Shown in pieces: positions 47,123 through 55,910 of a stretch of 64,000 bases of DNA; the first letter of the stretch is position 1; each line of letters opens with the position of its first letter. The translations under genes and the position numbers were made by a program. The stretch comes from Planctomycetaceae bacterium (GTDB lineage: Bacteria; Planctomycetota; Phycisphaerae; Phycisphaerales; UBA5793): contig JBDZVA010000002.1 of the NCBI GenBank assembly GCA_040255465.1, positions 932,375 through 996,374 of the forward strand. Reading direction: 5' to 3'. Below the pieces are notes generated by a model, which did not search any database, was not told the origin of the DNA, and saw nothing but the letters and a program-made list of their open reading frames with translations.

Positions 47123-49324
47123 ATGACTACGCCGCCTGACAATTCGAGCAGTGCGAGGGCCGCCCCATCATGCGCTCACTGCAGTCTGCCTGTGGCGCCC
47201 ACGCTGCTTCGTCGTGTTCACGATGCCGCGCGCAACAACGAACCGCTGTTCTGCTGCGGCGGCTGTCGGCTTGTCCACTCACTTCTCGCCACTCGTCAGG
47301 CAGATCACACCATCAGTTCGGCCATGCTCCGCATCGGCCTGGGCATCTTCTTCAGCATGAACCTGATGGTCTTTTCCTTTTGCTTTTACGGAGCTGATAC
47401 GCTTGTCCCGCCGGGGGGCGCGACGTCCGCCGACATGGCGCTCGCCAATCTGTTCCGCTGGCTGCTGCTCCTGCTCGCGTCCGGTGTCATGCTCACGCTT
47501 TGGACGCAAATCGCGCGTGGCGCCTGGGATGATCTGCGCCGCGGCCGACTGCAGGCCGGAGTACTGATTGCGACCGGAGCACTCGCCGCGTTCATCGTCA
47601 GCGCCATTTCGGTCCTGCGAGGCGAGGGCCCCCTCTACTTCGACTCCGCCTCGATGATTCTGCTGCTTGTGACCATCGGCCAGTATCTTGAAGCCAAGAT
47701 GAAGACCGCGGCGGTCCGCAGCGCGGAAGGCCGACTGCTCAGCCTTCCGGACGAGGTTACGATTGAGTCGGCAGTTGGCGATCAGACCGTCAATGTATCG
47801 GAGGTGCAGACGGGTCAGACCGCGCGCGTTGCAGCCGGAAGTGCGATCCCCATCGATGGGGCGATCGTGCGCGGCCACGCCACCATCGATGTCTCACTGC
47901 TCACCGGTGAATCTGAGCCGCGACAGTGCGGCCCCGGGGCCAACGTGTGGGCCGGCTCACACGTGCTCGACGGCGTCATCTGGATTCGCGCAACATCGAC
48001 GTCTTCGGAGCGCCGCATCGAGACCATCGTGCGACAACTTCACGCCCTGCGCAACGAGCCGACACACATTCAACGCCTCACGGACCGCATCGCCGCTGTC
48101 TTCATACCCGCAACCATCGTGCTTTCGCTCGCCGTCTTTGCATACCAGGCGATCGTGTACGGCGCCGCCATGGAAGGTGTCATGCGCGCGCTGGCCGTCG
48201 CCCTCATCGCCTGCCCGTGCGCGCTGGGCCTGACGGCGCCCCTCGTTGTCTCGCGCGTTGCGTCATCGCTCGCGCGGCACGGCATCATTGTCCGCAGTGG
48301 ACGCGCACTCGAACTCGCAGCGTCGGTCCGCCACATCTTTTTCGACAAGACCGGCACGCTCACGACCGGCGACTTCCGCGTGCAGCGCACCATCCGCATC
48401 GATCCGTGCTGCGATCCTGATCCGATAGCCGCAGCACTCGAGCAAGCCTCGAATCACCCCATCGCGCGGGCCTGGTCCAAGGTGGCGTCCGCTTCACTGC
48501 CCTCGGTTTCGGATCTCGAACCCATCATTGGCCTCGGCGTTCGCGGCTTCATTGACGGCCAGAGGTACTTCATCGGCCGCGCCAGCGTAACCTCCGCGGT
48601 GCGAACCACATCCCTGCAACCGCCGATCGAACTGGCGGACCTGCTCCCCATAATGCTCACGCGCGACGATCAACTTGTTGCCTGGTTCGGCCTCACTGAA
48701 TCAATCCGCCCGGAGTCCACTGTCGTATTACGTGATCTGCACTCCATGCACATTCGCGCCGAAGTCCTGACCGGCGACGTGTCGCAGCGTGCGGTTCAGC
48801 TCGGTGAGGCGCTCGGCGTGCAGGTTCACAGTGCCCAGACGCCCGAGTCGAAGCGCACAATGATCCGGCAGCGTCGCGACGAGTCCAACACCCCGGTAGC
48901 ATTCGTAGGCGATGGCATCAATGACGCGCTCGCTCTGGCCGAAGCCGATCTCGGCATCACCGTCGCTGGCGGCAGCGATCTCGCCCACGCTTCCGGACAG
49001 GTCAGTCTGCTCGATGGTGATCTGCATCGACTCGTTCACCTGCTGCAGGCAGCCCGCATCGCGCAACGCCGCATCGCGCTTGCGCTGGGTTGGTCGTTCG
49101 GCTACAACGCTGTGGGACTTACGCTTGCAACGCTGGGCATGCTCACGCCCGCCTTTGCCGCAATCGCGATGGTACTGTCCAGCGCGGTCACCATCATCAT
49201 TGCTTCGCGCCCCGTTTCTACTGGCTCGCTTGAAACCGCAGATCCCACCCGTTCTCCACTTGCGCTCTCACGTCGGGCCCCATCGTCCAGAGGTCTTCCC
49301 GTTCCCGCGGCTCCCCCGGCATGA
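47123..49324 (+). CDS. ccoI: Copper-translocating P1B-type ATPase (CcoI/FixI-like)
   Basis: ATG at 47123 inside ORF 46694..49324. N-terminal CAHC and FCCGGC metal sites, a CPC TM motif (IACPCALGL), DKTGTLT and GDGINDA. Confidence 0.8.
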   Translation: MTTPPDNSSSARAAPSCAHCSLPVAPTLLRRVHDAARNNEPLFCCGGCRLVHSLLATRQADHTISSAMLRIGLGIFFSMNLMVFSFCFYGADTLVPPGGATSADMALANLFRWLLLLLASGVMLTLWTQIARGAWDDLRRGRLQAGVLIATGALAAFIVSAISVLRGEGPLYFDSASMILLLVTIGQYLEAKMKTAAVRSAEGRLLSLPDEVTIESAVGDQTVNVSEVQTGQTARVAAGSAIPIDGAIVRGHATIDVSLLTGESEPRQCGPGANVWAGSHVLDGVIWIRATSTSSERRIETIVRQLHALRNEPTHIQRLTDRIAAVFIPATIVLSLAVFAYQAIVYGAAMEGVMRALAVALIACPCALGLTAPLVVSRVASSLARHGIIVRSGRALELAASVRHIFFDKTGTLTTGDFRVQRTIRIDPCCDPDPIAAALEQASNHPIARAWSKVASASLPSVSDLEPIIGLGVRGFIDGQRYFIGRASVTSAVRTTSLQPPIELADLLPIMLTRDDQLVAWFGLTESIRPESTVVLRDLHSMHIRAEVLTGDVSQRAVQLGEALGVQVHSAQTPESKRTMIRQRRDESNTPVAFVGDGINDALALAEADLGITVAGGSDLAHASGQVSLLDGDLHRLVHLLQAARIAQRRIALALGWSFGYNAVGLTLATLGMLTPAFAAIAMVLSSAVTIIIASRPVSTGSLETADPTRSPLALSRRAPSSRGLPVPAAPPA

Positions 49325-50124
49325 CGCTCCTACTGACCTATCTCGGGTTCTTCCTCGCGGGCCTGGCGGGAAGCCTGCACTGCATTGGCATGTGTGGCCC
49401 CATTCTTACCGCCATCGCCGGCGTCGATCGCCGCGCTGAGGTAACCCTCAACGGCCAATCCGTGTCCCAGCGTGCAAACAGAGCCGCTCGCGACCTGCTG
49501 TGGTATCATGCCGGCCGCATCAGCACCTACGCCATGCTCGGCGCGCTGGCAGGTGCTTTGGGTGCGACGATCCGCGAAGCGATTTGGCTTGGGCAACTTC
49601 AGGGTTGGCTGGGCTTCGCGACAGGACTCATCGCCTTCTTCGTCGCCGGCATCCTGCTCCTCAGACCAGTCACGAGTTGTTCAAACGCGCTCGAGCTGAC
49701 ACCTCGCAATCGCTCTCTTGCCGGCACCTTTGCACTTCTTCGCTCGCTCGCTCAGCAGAAATCGCCATCATCGCGATTCCTTCTCGGCGCGATCATGGGC
49801 TTCATACCCTGCGGCCTCGTCTACATCATGCTCGCTGCGGTCGCCGCAACCGGTCATCCGCTCGCCGCTTCGCTCGGCATGATTGCCTTCGGCCTCGGCA
49901 CACTCCCCGCGCTGACCGGCGTCATCCTCGCCGTGCGACTGGTCCCAATTCGATGGCGCAAGCACGGCAACCGCGCCGCCATGCTCATGGCTCTTGTTGT
50001 CGGTTCGATGTTCTTGTGGAGGTCGTGGCCTACTCACGCCCATGGTGCCGCAGCGCTCGATCAGCACAACTGTCCGCTGTGCAATGACGCTGCATCGGAA
50101 CCATCGAACCACACACGCCCGTGA
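49321..50124 (+). CDS. TauE/SafE- or DsbD_2-like membrane protein coupled to ccoI
   Basis: ATGA overlap with ccoI. Six or so TM helices and an N-terminal GSLHCIGMCGP motif. Confidence 0.65.
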   Translation: MTLLLTYLGFFLAGLAGSLHCIGMCGPILTAIAGVDRRAEVTLNGQSVSQRANRAARDLLWYHAGRISTYAMLGALAGALGATIREAIWLGQLQGWLGFATGLIAFFVAGILLLRPVTSCSNALELTPRNRSLAGTFALLRSLAQQKSPSSRFLLGAIMGFIPCGLVYIMLAAVAATGHPLAASLGMIAFGLGTLPALTGVILAVRLVPIRWRKHGNRAAMLMALVVGSMFLWRSWPTHAHGAAALDQHNCPLCNDAASEPSNHTRP

Positions 50125-50446
50125 CGGGCCGCCTCCGTTCCGCGCCCACTAGAGCATCAACGAAGCAGGCGCAATCCGTGATCTCTGCGTATCGCGCCAC
50201 CCCAAGCGATCGGTCACGCGCACTCCGTGTTGGCACCGCTGCTGGGGATCGCACTTGCGCGCCAATGGCGTCAATTTTCACCACTTGCTTCAACGACCGG
50301 GGCAGTTTCCCTCATCTCGATTGCTCCATGCATGTTTTTATTGACCACATTTGGTTTATCAGTTAGGTTGAAGTGACGGCGCAGCGAATCGAGCGAGCAC
50401 GCTTGAGGCTGATCGACCGACACACATCCTTCACAAGGAGATGGGA

Positions 50447-51364
50447 ATGACTTCTACACGACTCCGTAGCCACTTTTGTCTGTTCTGCCTGCTTCTTTTC
50501 GCCGTTGTGGCAACACCGGCCATGGCCTTTCCGGATCTGGCAACCGGTACCAATGGCGACTGCTTCGCCTGCCACACCACCATTCAAACCGGCCGCATGG
50601 AACTGCTTGATTTTGCGGGCATGATTGACCCCGTCGAAATGCAGGGCGTACCCGATCAGGGTTCGCTCAAGTACTACTCCGTCGCGCCGGGCGGCAGTGT
50701 GGGCATGACGATTCACGCGATCAACGGGGCCAACCAATACGCCTTCCAGGTCACTGGCTTTGACGCACCCGACGTCACCGGCGGTGGCACACTCACCTAC
50801 ACCGATGATCCCGCATGGCTCGCATACCGCGGGAACTTCAAGACCTACTTCTGCCGTGCCGACGGCGGTCGGAACGGCTACGACTGGGGAACCGGGGATC
50901 CCACGACCGTCACGTACAACATCCAAGTCGATCAGTCAACCCCGCCCGGATACTACCTGCTTCGGTATGCGCTGGCGGGCAAGGGTGGCGGCGAGTGGTA
51001 TCAGGATGAGCTGTTCTACCTCGAAGTCACCGGTGGTTCGGGCGGACCGGTGCTCACGGTCAACGCGACCTGCCCAAGCGGCGGGCCGATCATGATCTCG
51101 TGGTCCGGCGCGACGCCGCGCTCCACCATCGCGCTCATCTACGCGCGGAACACCGGCAGCTTCCGGATCCCGTCCAACTACGCCTGCGCCGGCACCGTCC
51201 TGGGACTCGGCTCCAACCAGGTCCAACTGGCCTACCAGGGGGCATCCGGCACCAATGGCAGCAAGACACTGAATTCGAACGCCGGGCCCGGAGTCTGCGG
51301 AGGCTACTTCCAGTTGCTCGACGTCGCCACCTGCTCGACGAGTAATGTCGTTCAGGCCCAGTGA
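50447..51364 (+). CDS. Secreted CxxCH protein, paralog 1, with 4-Cys C-terminal module
   Basis: ATG at 50447 lies 6 nt after AAGGAG. Signal peptide ...VVATPAMA, then NGDCFACHTT about 10 residues after the predicted cleavage site. C-terminal LTVNATCPSGG...CAGT...CGGYFQLL...CSTSN. Confidence 0.7.
   Translation: MTSTRLRSHFCLFCLLLFAVVATPAMAFPDLATGTNGDCFACHTTIQTGRMELLDFAGMIDPVEMQGVPDQGSLKYYSVAPGGSVGMTIHAINGANQYAFQVTGFDAPDVTGGGTLTYTDDPAWLAYRGNFKTYFCRADGGRNGYDWGTGDPTTVTYNIQVDQSTPPGYYLLRYALAGKGGGEWYQDELFYLEVTGGSGGPVLTVNATCPSGGPIMISWSGATPRSTIALIYARNTGSFRIPSNYACAGTVLGLGSNQVQLAYQGASGTNGSKTLNSNAGPGVCGGYFQLLDVATCSTSNVVQAQ
51011..51324 (+). repeat. 314-bp perfect direct repeat, copy 1
   Basis: I read nt 51011-51324 as identical to 52196-52509 (offset 1185). 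The first mismatch is at 51325 (C) versus 52510 (T). Confidence 0.85.
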
Positions 51365-51422
51365 TCGCGCTCCGTTTGCCGCTGCCCAATTCGGCTCCGG
51401 TAATTCAGGCTCTCATTGACTC

Positions 51423-51459
51423 GTCGCGGCGCTCGCCCTGAGCGCCGCGACTCTTTTTT
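51423..51459 (+). terminator. Rho-independent terminator
   Basis: 12-bp perfect stem GTCGCGGCGCTC / GAGCGCCGCGAC with loop GCCCT, followed by TCTTTTTT. Confidence 0.8.
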
Positions 51460-51625
51460 CACTCATCCGCGCCGCTCAAGCTACCGCGATTTCTTCTCCT
51501 TCTTGACGGGATCATGCAAGATTTTTCGGCCCGGCTCGCGATTGTGAGGTACTCTTCAATACCGGTGCCGCACACGCGGATGGACCGTCTGCTGTAGTAC
51601 CGACTCGATGCACCAGGAGAGAGAC

Positions 51626-52549
51626 ATGCCCCCCTCGCGATTTTCTATCGGACTCATCGCCGTCGCCCTGTTCGTCCTCGGGACGCTCGCAGGCCGAGCG
51701 GTCGCCTATCCCGCATTCGGGGAGGGCGTGGACGGCAACTGCTTCGTCTGCCACTCGACCATCGTCGACAACCGGATGGAGCTGCTCGATTTTGCCGGCA
51801 TGATCGACCCCGTCGAGATGCAGGGCGTTCCGGACCAGGGCTCGCTCAAGTACTACTCAGCGCCGGCAGGCGGCAACGTCGGTATGAGCATGCGCGCCAT
51901 CGACGGCACCGAGAACTATGCCTTCCAGATCATCGGGTTCAGCGAGCCCGACGTGACACAGGGCGGCACGCTCCTCTATTCTGCCGACCCCACGTGGTTG
52001 TCCTTTCAAGGCCCCACGCAGACCTATTTCGTTCGTGCCGACGGCGAGTTCGATGGCTACGACTGGCTCACCAACGATCCCACTGAGGTTACGTACGACA
52101 TCCACGTCGATGCCTCAACACCCCCCGGCTACTACCTGCTCCAGTTCGCGCTTGTCGGGCGCGATGTCCAGCGCGATGGCTGGTACCACAGCGAACTGTT
52201 CTACCTCGAAGTCACCGGTGGTTCGGGCGGACCGGTGCTCACGGTCAACGCGACCTGCCCAAGCGGCGGGCCGATCATGATCTCGTGGTCCGGCGCGACG
52301 CCGCGCTCCACCATCGCGCTCATCTACGCGCGGAACACCGGCAGCTTCCGGATCCCGTCCAACTACGCCTGCGCCGGCACCGTCCTGGGACTCGGCTCCA
52401 ACCAGGTCCAACTGGCCTACCAGGGGGCATCCGGCACCAATGGCAGCAAGACACTGAATTCGAACGCCGGGCCCGGAGTCTGCGGAGGCTACTTCCAGTT
52501 GCTCGACGTTGCCACCTGCTCGACGAGCAACGTCGTTCGAGCGGAGTAA
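51626..52549 (+). CDS. Secreted CxxCH protein, paralog 2, with 4-Cys C-terminal module
   Basis: ATG at 51626 in ORF 51608..52549. Signal peptide ...LAGRAVA, then DGNCFVCHST at the same position as in paralog 1. The C-terminal ~105 aa are identical to paralog 1. Confidence 0.7.
   Translation: MPPSRFSIGLIAVALFVLGTLAGRAVAYPAFGEGVDGNCFVCHSTIVDNRMELLDFAGMIDPVEMQGVPDQGSLKYYSAPAGGNVGMSMRAIDGTENYAFQIIGFSEPDVTQGGTLLYSADPTWLSFQGPTQTYFVRADGEFDGYDWLTNDPTEVTYDIHVDASTPPGYYLLQFALVGRDVQRDGWYHSELFYLEVTGGSGGPVLTVNATCPSGGPIMISWSGATPRSTIALIYARNTGSFRIPSNYACAGTVLGLGSNQVQLAYQGASGTNGSKTLNSNAGPGVCGGYFQLLDVATCSTSNVVRAE
52196..52509 (+). repeat. 314-bp perfect direct repeat, copy 2
   Basis: See copy 1 (51011-51324). 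Confidence 0.85.
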
Positions 52550-52585
52550 CGCATGACAGAGCACAAAACTCTTCATTTTTTGGTC

Positions 52586-52622
52586 CATCGCGGCACTCCA
52601 GCGAGTGCCGCGATGTCGTTTT
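52586..52622 (+). terminator. Rho-independent terminator
   Basis: 13-bp perfect stem CATCGCGGCACTC / GAGTGCCGCGATG with loop CAGC, followed by TCGTTTT. Confidence 0.75.
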
Positions 52623-52737
52623 GACCCGCCGCGACTAGAGGCGATTGCCTAATGACTCCCCGCGCTGGTGTCCCCTGAGCAGTGGCGACATATCCTTCTT
52701 TTCACACATCGAAACCCCAAGCACGGAGCAATGCACC

Positions 52738-53208
52738 ATGGCACTCAAAGTTGGCGACAAGGCTGTTGCAGTGAAACTCTCTCCCGAACCCAAGCAGTGG
52801 ATCGACCTTGGCGATCAGATCGGCAAGGACAAGATCGTCCTGCTCTTCTTCCCGCTCGCATTCTCGGGCGTATGCACCAAAGAACTCTGCACGATGCGCG
52901 ACGATTGGTCCAAGTGGAGCGGTTTGGGTGCGAAGGTCTATGGCGTCAGCGTCGACAGCCCGTTTGTGAACGTGAAGTTCGCCAAGGAAAACAACCTCCC
53001 CTTCCCGCTACTCTCCGACTTCAACCGCGAAGCCAGTAAGGCGTACGGCGTGCTCATGGAAGATCTCATCGGCCTCAAGAACGTGTCGATGCGCAGCGCC
53101 TTCGTGATCGATCGCCAGGGCAAGATTGCGTACTCGTGGGTCGCGGAAAACCCGGGCGTCGAGCCAGATTACGCAGCGGTGCGGAAGGCCGTGCAAGGCG
53201 CGGCGTAA
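52738..53208 (+). CDS. Peroxiredoxin (AhpE/Bcp-like, AhpC/TSA family)
   Basis: ATG at 52738 in ORF 52645..53208. LLFFPLAFSGVCTKELC peroxidatic Cys motif and VYGVSVDSPF. Confidence 0.8.
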   Translation: MALKVGDKAVAVKLSPEPKQWIDLGDQIGKDKIVLLFFPLAFSGVCTKELCTMRDDWSKWSGLGAKVYGVSVDSPFVNVKFAKENNLPFPLLSDFNREASKAYGVLMEDLIGLKNVSMRSAFVIDRQGKIAYSWVAENPGVEPDYAAVRKAVQGAA

Positions 53209-53428
53209 GACAGCTGCAAGCGAAAGAGAATTGACTTGACGCATCGTCCCCCAGTCCAGCCCGGGGGGCGGTGTTTTTCACGTTGCACGCGACGAACCTT
53301 TCGACCGGTGCGTCCGCGTGCGAGGCCGTCCCCGGCCCTGCGGAGAGTTGAATCGCGCGATGCGCAGAGATCTGTGTCATCTTTTGGCGGCTGCCGGCAG
53401 TGGGAAGCGCGCCAGCGTGGACTGATGC

Positions 53429-53941
53429 TTGAGAGTCCGGTGGCGGTGTTTATGCTTGCTCGTGCCAACGTCTTCCAATCAGTCTGGCTCGCGGGACAAC
53501 GAACGGCTCGAAGCGGGGTCGACCTGCGCAAAGTGCGGGTGCAATCTTGCCAGCCGGGCGCCGCATGGGCAATGTCCGGAGTGCGGAACCACCTACGAGC
53601 GATGGACGGTGGCGCGGCGGGGGCCGGTGTCGGCGCTGGGGCTGCTCGTGCGGTTTGGGTGGCCGTTCATGGTGTTTGCTGTCGTCATGTACGCCGTCAA
53701 TGGCGGCATAGCGATCCCCAGTGGGCTGGGTAGACTAAGCGGATGGATTGCCGTGGCATCCGGTGCGGCGCTGTTCATCAACATCCCCGTGCAGTTCATT
53801 TGGTTGCATTACAGGGGGGCGCCGTACTTCATTGACGTTTCGCCCGGCCGGGTTGTGTGGCGGTTCGTCATCTGCATCGTGCTGTTGTTCTTGTTACTGC
53901 CATTCCTGCTTCTGGGAGCGTGCCTGCTTCTGGTGCTCTGA
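53429..53941 (+). CDS. Zinc-ribbon membrane protein, paralog 1 (N-terminal CxxC...CPEC, three TM helices)
   Basis: CAKCGCNLASRAPHGQCPECGTTY followed by LLVRFGWPFMVFAVV and two further helices. Start uncertain (TTG at 53429). Confidence 0.6.
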   Translation: MRVRWRCLCLLVPTSSNQSGSRDNERLEAGSTCAKCGCNLASRAPHGQCPECGTTYERWTVARRGPVSALGLLVRFGWPFMVFAVVMYAVNGGIAIPSGLGRLSGWIAVASGAALFINIPVQFIWLHYRGAPYFIDVSPGRVVWRFVICIVLLFLLLPFLLLGACLLLVL

Positions 53942-54024
53942 GGGACTCGTCGGCGGTCCGCTCATCTGCCTGATCAGGAGCAAAGCTCGTTCCGGGAAGC
54001 AGGCGGGAGAACTTCGCGGTATGC

Positions 54025-54498
54025 TTGTGCGTGGAAACGACTCCTGGACAGACTGCGGCCACGGCGAGGCTCGGCGAGCAGGCGTATTGCGTGAAGTGCG
54101 GATATCAGCTCTCGGGACTTTCAGCGAGCGGAGCGTGCCCGGAGTGCGGCAACGCCTATCAACCTACAACCGTGGCTCGCGAGCCGGCGCCGATGACGAT
54201 GAATCTACTGCTGCGGTTCGGCTGGCCAATGGTGGCGTACCTGCTGTTCACGGTAGTGCCGATGACCGGCGCGGGTGATGGCAATTTCGTCCTGCCGTTG
54301 TCGCTGGTGCTGCTTGCGGCTTCGTTCCTGGCGTGCATCGTCAATGTGCCGATTCAGTTTCGGCTGCTGAGAGGCCGCTCCGTTGGACCGCGCGCCGATC
54401 AGGTGCGCCGCTTAATGGTGACGCTCGCAGTGCTGTCTATTCTCTGGCCGTTTCTCATCTTCGGCGGCTGCCTGGCTGTGGTGGCGACGCTGGCGTGA
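54025..54498 (+). CDS. Zinc-ribbon membrane protein, paralog 2
   Basis: CVKCGYQLSGLSASGACPECGNAY followed by LLLRFGWPMVAYLLF and two further helices. Collinear with the 53429 product. Confidence 0.6.
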   Translation: MCVETTPGQTAATARLGEQAYCVKCGYQLSGLSASGACPECGNAYQPTTVAREPAPMTMNLLLRFGWPMVAYLLFTVVPMTGAGDGNFVLPLSLVLLAASFLACIVNVPIQFRLLRGRSVGPRADQVRRLMVTLAVLSILWPFLIFGGCLAVVATLA

Positions 54499-55910
54499 GC
54501 GTGCCGCTTTCCATCCTGAATGCACCGTCACCGCTCAAGGTCACGCGGAGCCGATGTCCGGTGTGCCTCGACGAGATTGACGCGGAAATCTTCACGCGGG
54601 GCAACAGGGTCTACATGAGCAAGCGATGTATTGCGCACGGCGCGTTTGAGACGCTGTTGGCGCGGGATGCGAGGTTCTACTATGAATCGAAGGGCGCCGG
54701 GTCGTGCGGGGCAGGTTGTGGGTGCGCCGCGGGAAGCGACGGCGGCCACGGCTTCGGATTGCGCGGGGACGATGGAGGCGTCGACGTAGACCCCTTTGAC
54801 GTGCTTTCGACGTGCGTGGCGCTCATAGAGATTGTGGATTCGTGCAACCTGACCTGCCCGACGTGTTTTGCGGCATCGCCCTTCGGAGTCGATGAGCGTG
54901 TCGAGTGCCTGCCGTTCGATGAGTTCGTCAGGTGCGTCGAGAAGGTGTTGACGCGCAAGGGGTATGTCGACATTTTGCAACTGTCAGGCGGGGAACCGAC
55001 GATTCACCCGGAGTTCTTCAAGTTGCTCGAGTGGTCGCTCAAGCAAAGCACAATCGGCTACGTGCTCATCAACACCAATGGCGTGCGGGTGGCGCGCGAT
55101 GCAGCGTTTCGGGAAGAGTTGGGGCGAGTGCGGCGGAAGCACAAGAAGTTCGAGTTGTATCTGCAGTTTGACGGGCCGCAGGAGGCGGGGCAGTTTGAAT
55201 TGCGCGGAGCGAATCTGCGGGCGCTGCGCGAACAGGCGATCGACCTGGCTGGTGGGGCAGGCATACCAACGACGCTGGGGATGGTCGTGACAGAGCAGAC
55301 GCGCGCGGCGCTGGGTGATGCGTTGCGATTCGGACTGGAGCGGCCGCACTGTCGAGGCTTGACGCTGCAGCCGATGTTCGGCTCCGGGCGCGTGCCCGAG
55401 GTGCAGACGTCTCTGCCGATGGCGCGGGAAATGCGCGAGCCGATCTCGGTTGGTGATGTGATTGCCGATCTGGTGGCGCAGAGTGACGGGCAGTTGGCGT
55501 TCGAGGACTTCACCCCTCTGCCGTGCGGCGATCCGAACTGCCACACGATGAGTTACCTCATTCGTAGCGAGAACGGGTCCACCGGCTTGAGCCGGCTGAT
55601 CGACTTGAGGTCGCTACAGGGATTCCTCGCGAACCGACTCGACTATCGGCTGGAGGATCTGGCGCAATGCGGCTGCGAGAGTGAGCCACTTGGCGCGGTG
55701 CTCAAGGAGTTGGAGATCGGACCCGATCAGCCGTTTCGGATCTTCATCAAGCCGTTTATGGACGCGTGGACATTCGACCAGGACCGGATCGATCGGTGTT
55801 GCACCCACGTCATCCGGCGCGACGGAACGCTGGACTCGTTCTGCCGGTACTACCTGAACGGCGGCCGCGCGGGTGAGATAGCGCGGGCATCTCAGAGCGC
55901 TGCGCGATGA
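54495..55910 (+). CDS. Radical SAM enzyme of the MJ0619 / Tes (GDGT-MAS)-like family
   Basis: GTG at 54495 (GTGA overlap with the upstream stop) in ORF 54333..55910. N-terminal CPVCLDEIDAEIFTRGNRVYMSKRCIAHG, radical SAM CNLTCPTC (CxxxCxxC), SGGEPT. C-terminal FIKPFMDAWTFDQDRIDRCCTHVIRRDGTLDSFCRYY, resembling the MJ0619-type C-terminus. Confidence 0.65.
   Translation: MSVPLSILNAPSPLKVTRSRCPVCLDEIDAEIFTRGNRVYMSKRCIAHGAFETLLARDARFYYESKGAGSCGAGCGCAAGSDGGHGFGLRGDDGGVDVDPFDVLSTCVALIEIVDSCNLTCPTCFAASPFGVDERVECLPFDEFVRCVEKVLTRKGYVDILQLSGGEPTIHPEFFKLLEWSLKQSTIGYVLINTNGVRVARDAAFREELGRVRRKHKKFELYLQFDGPQEAGQFELRGANLRALREQAIDLAGGAGIPTTLGMVVTEQTRAALGDALRFGLERPHCRGLTLQPMFGSGRVPEVQTSLPMAREMREPISVGDVIADLVAQSDGQLAFEDFTPLPCGDPNCHTMSYLIRSENGSTGLSRLIDLRSLQGFLANRLDYRLEDLAQCGCESEPLGAVLKELEIGPDQPFRIFIKPFMDAWTFDQDRIDRCCTHVIRRDGTLDSFCRYYLNGGRAGEIARASQSAAR

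Noticed and set aside
53248-53280. Possible terminator after the peroxiredoxin gene (CCCCC...GGGGG followed by TGTTTTT)
   Set aside because: The stem is only about 5 bp with a 10-nt loop. The T-tract is good but the hairpin is too weak to call.
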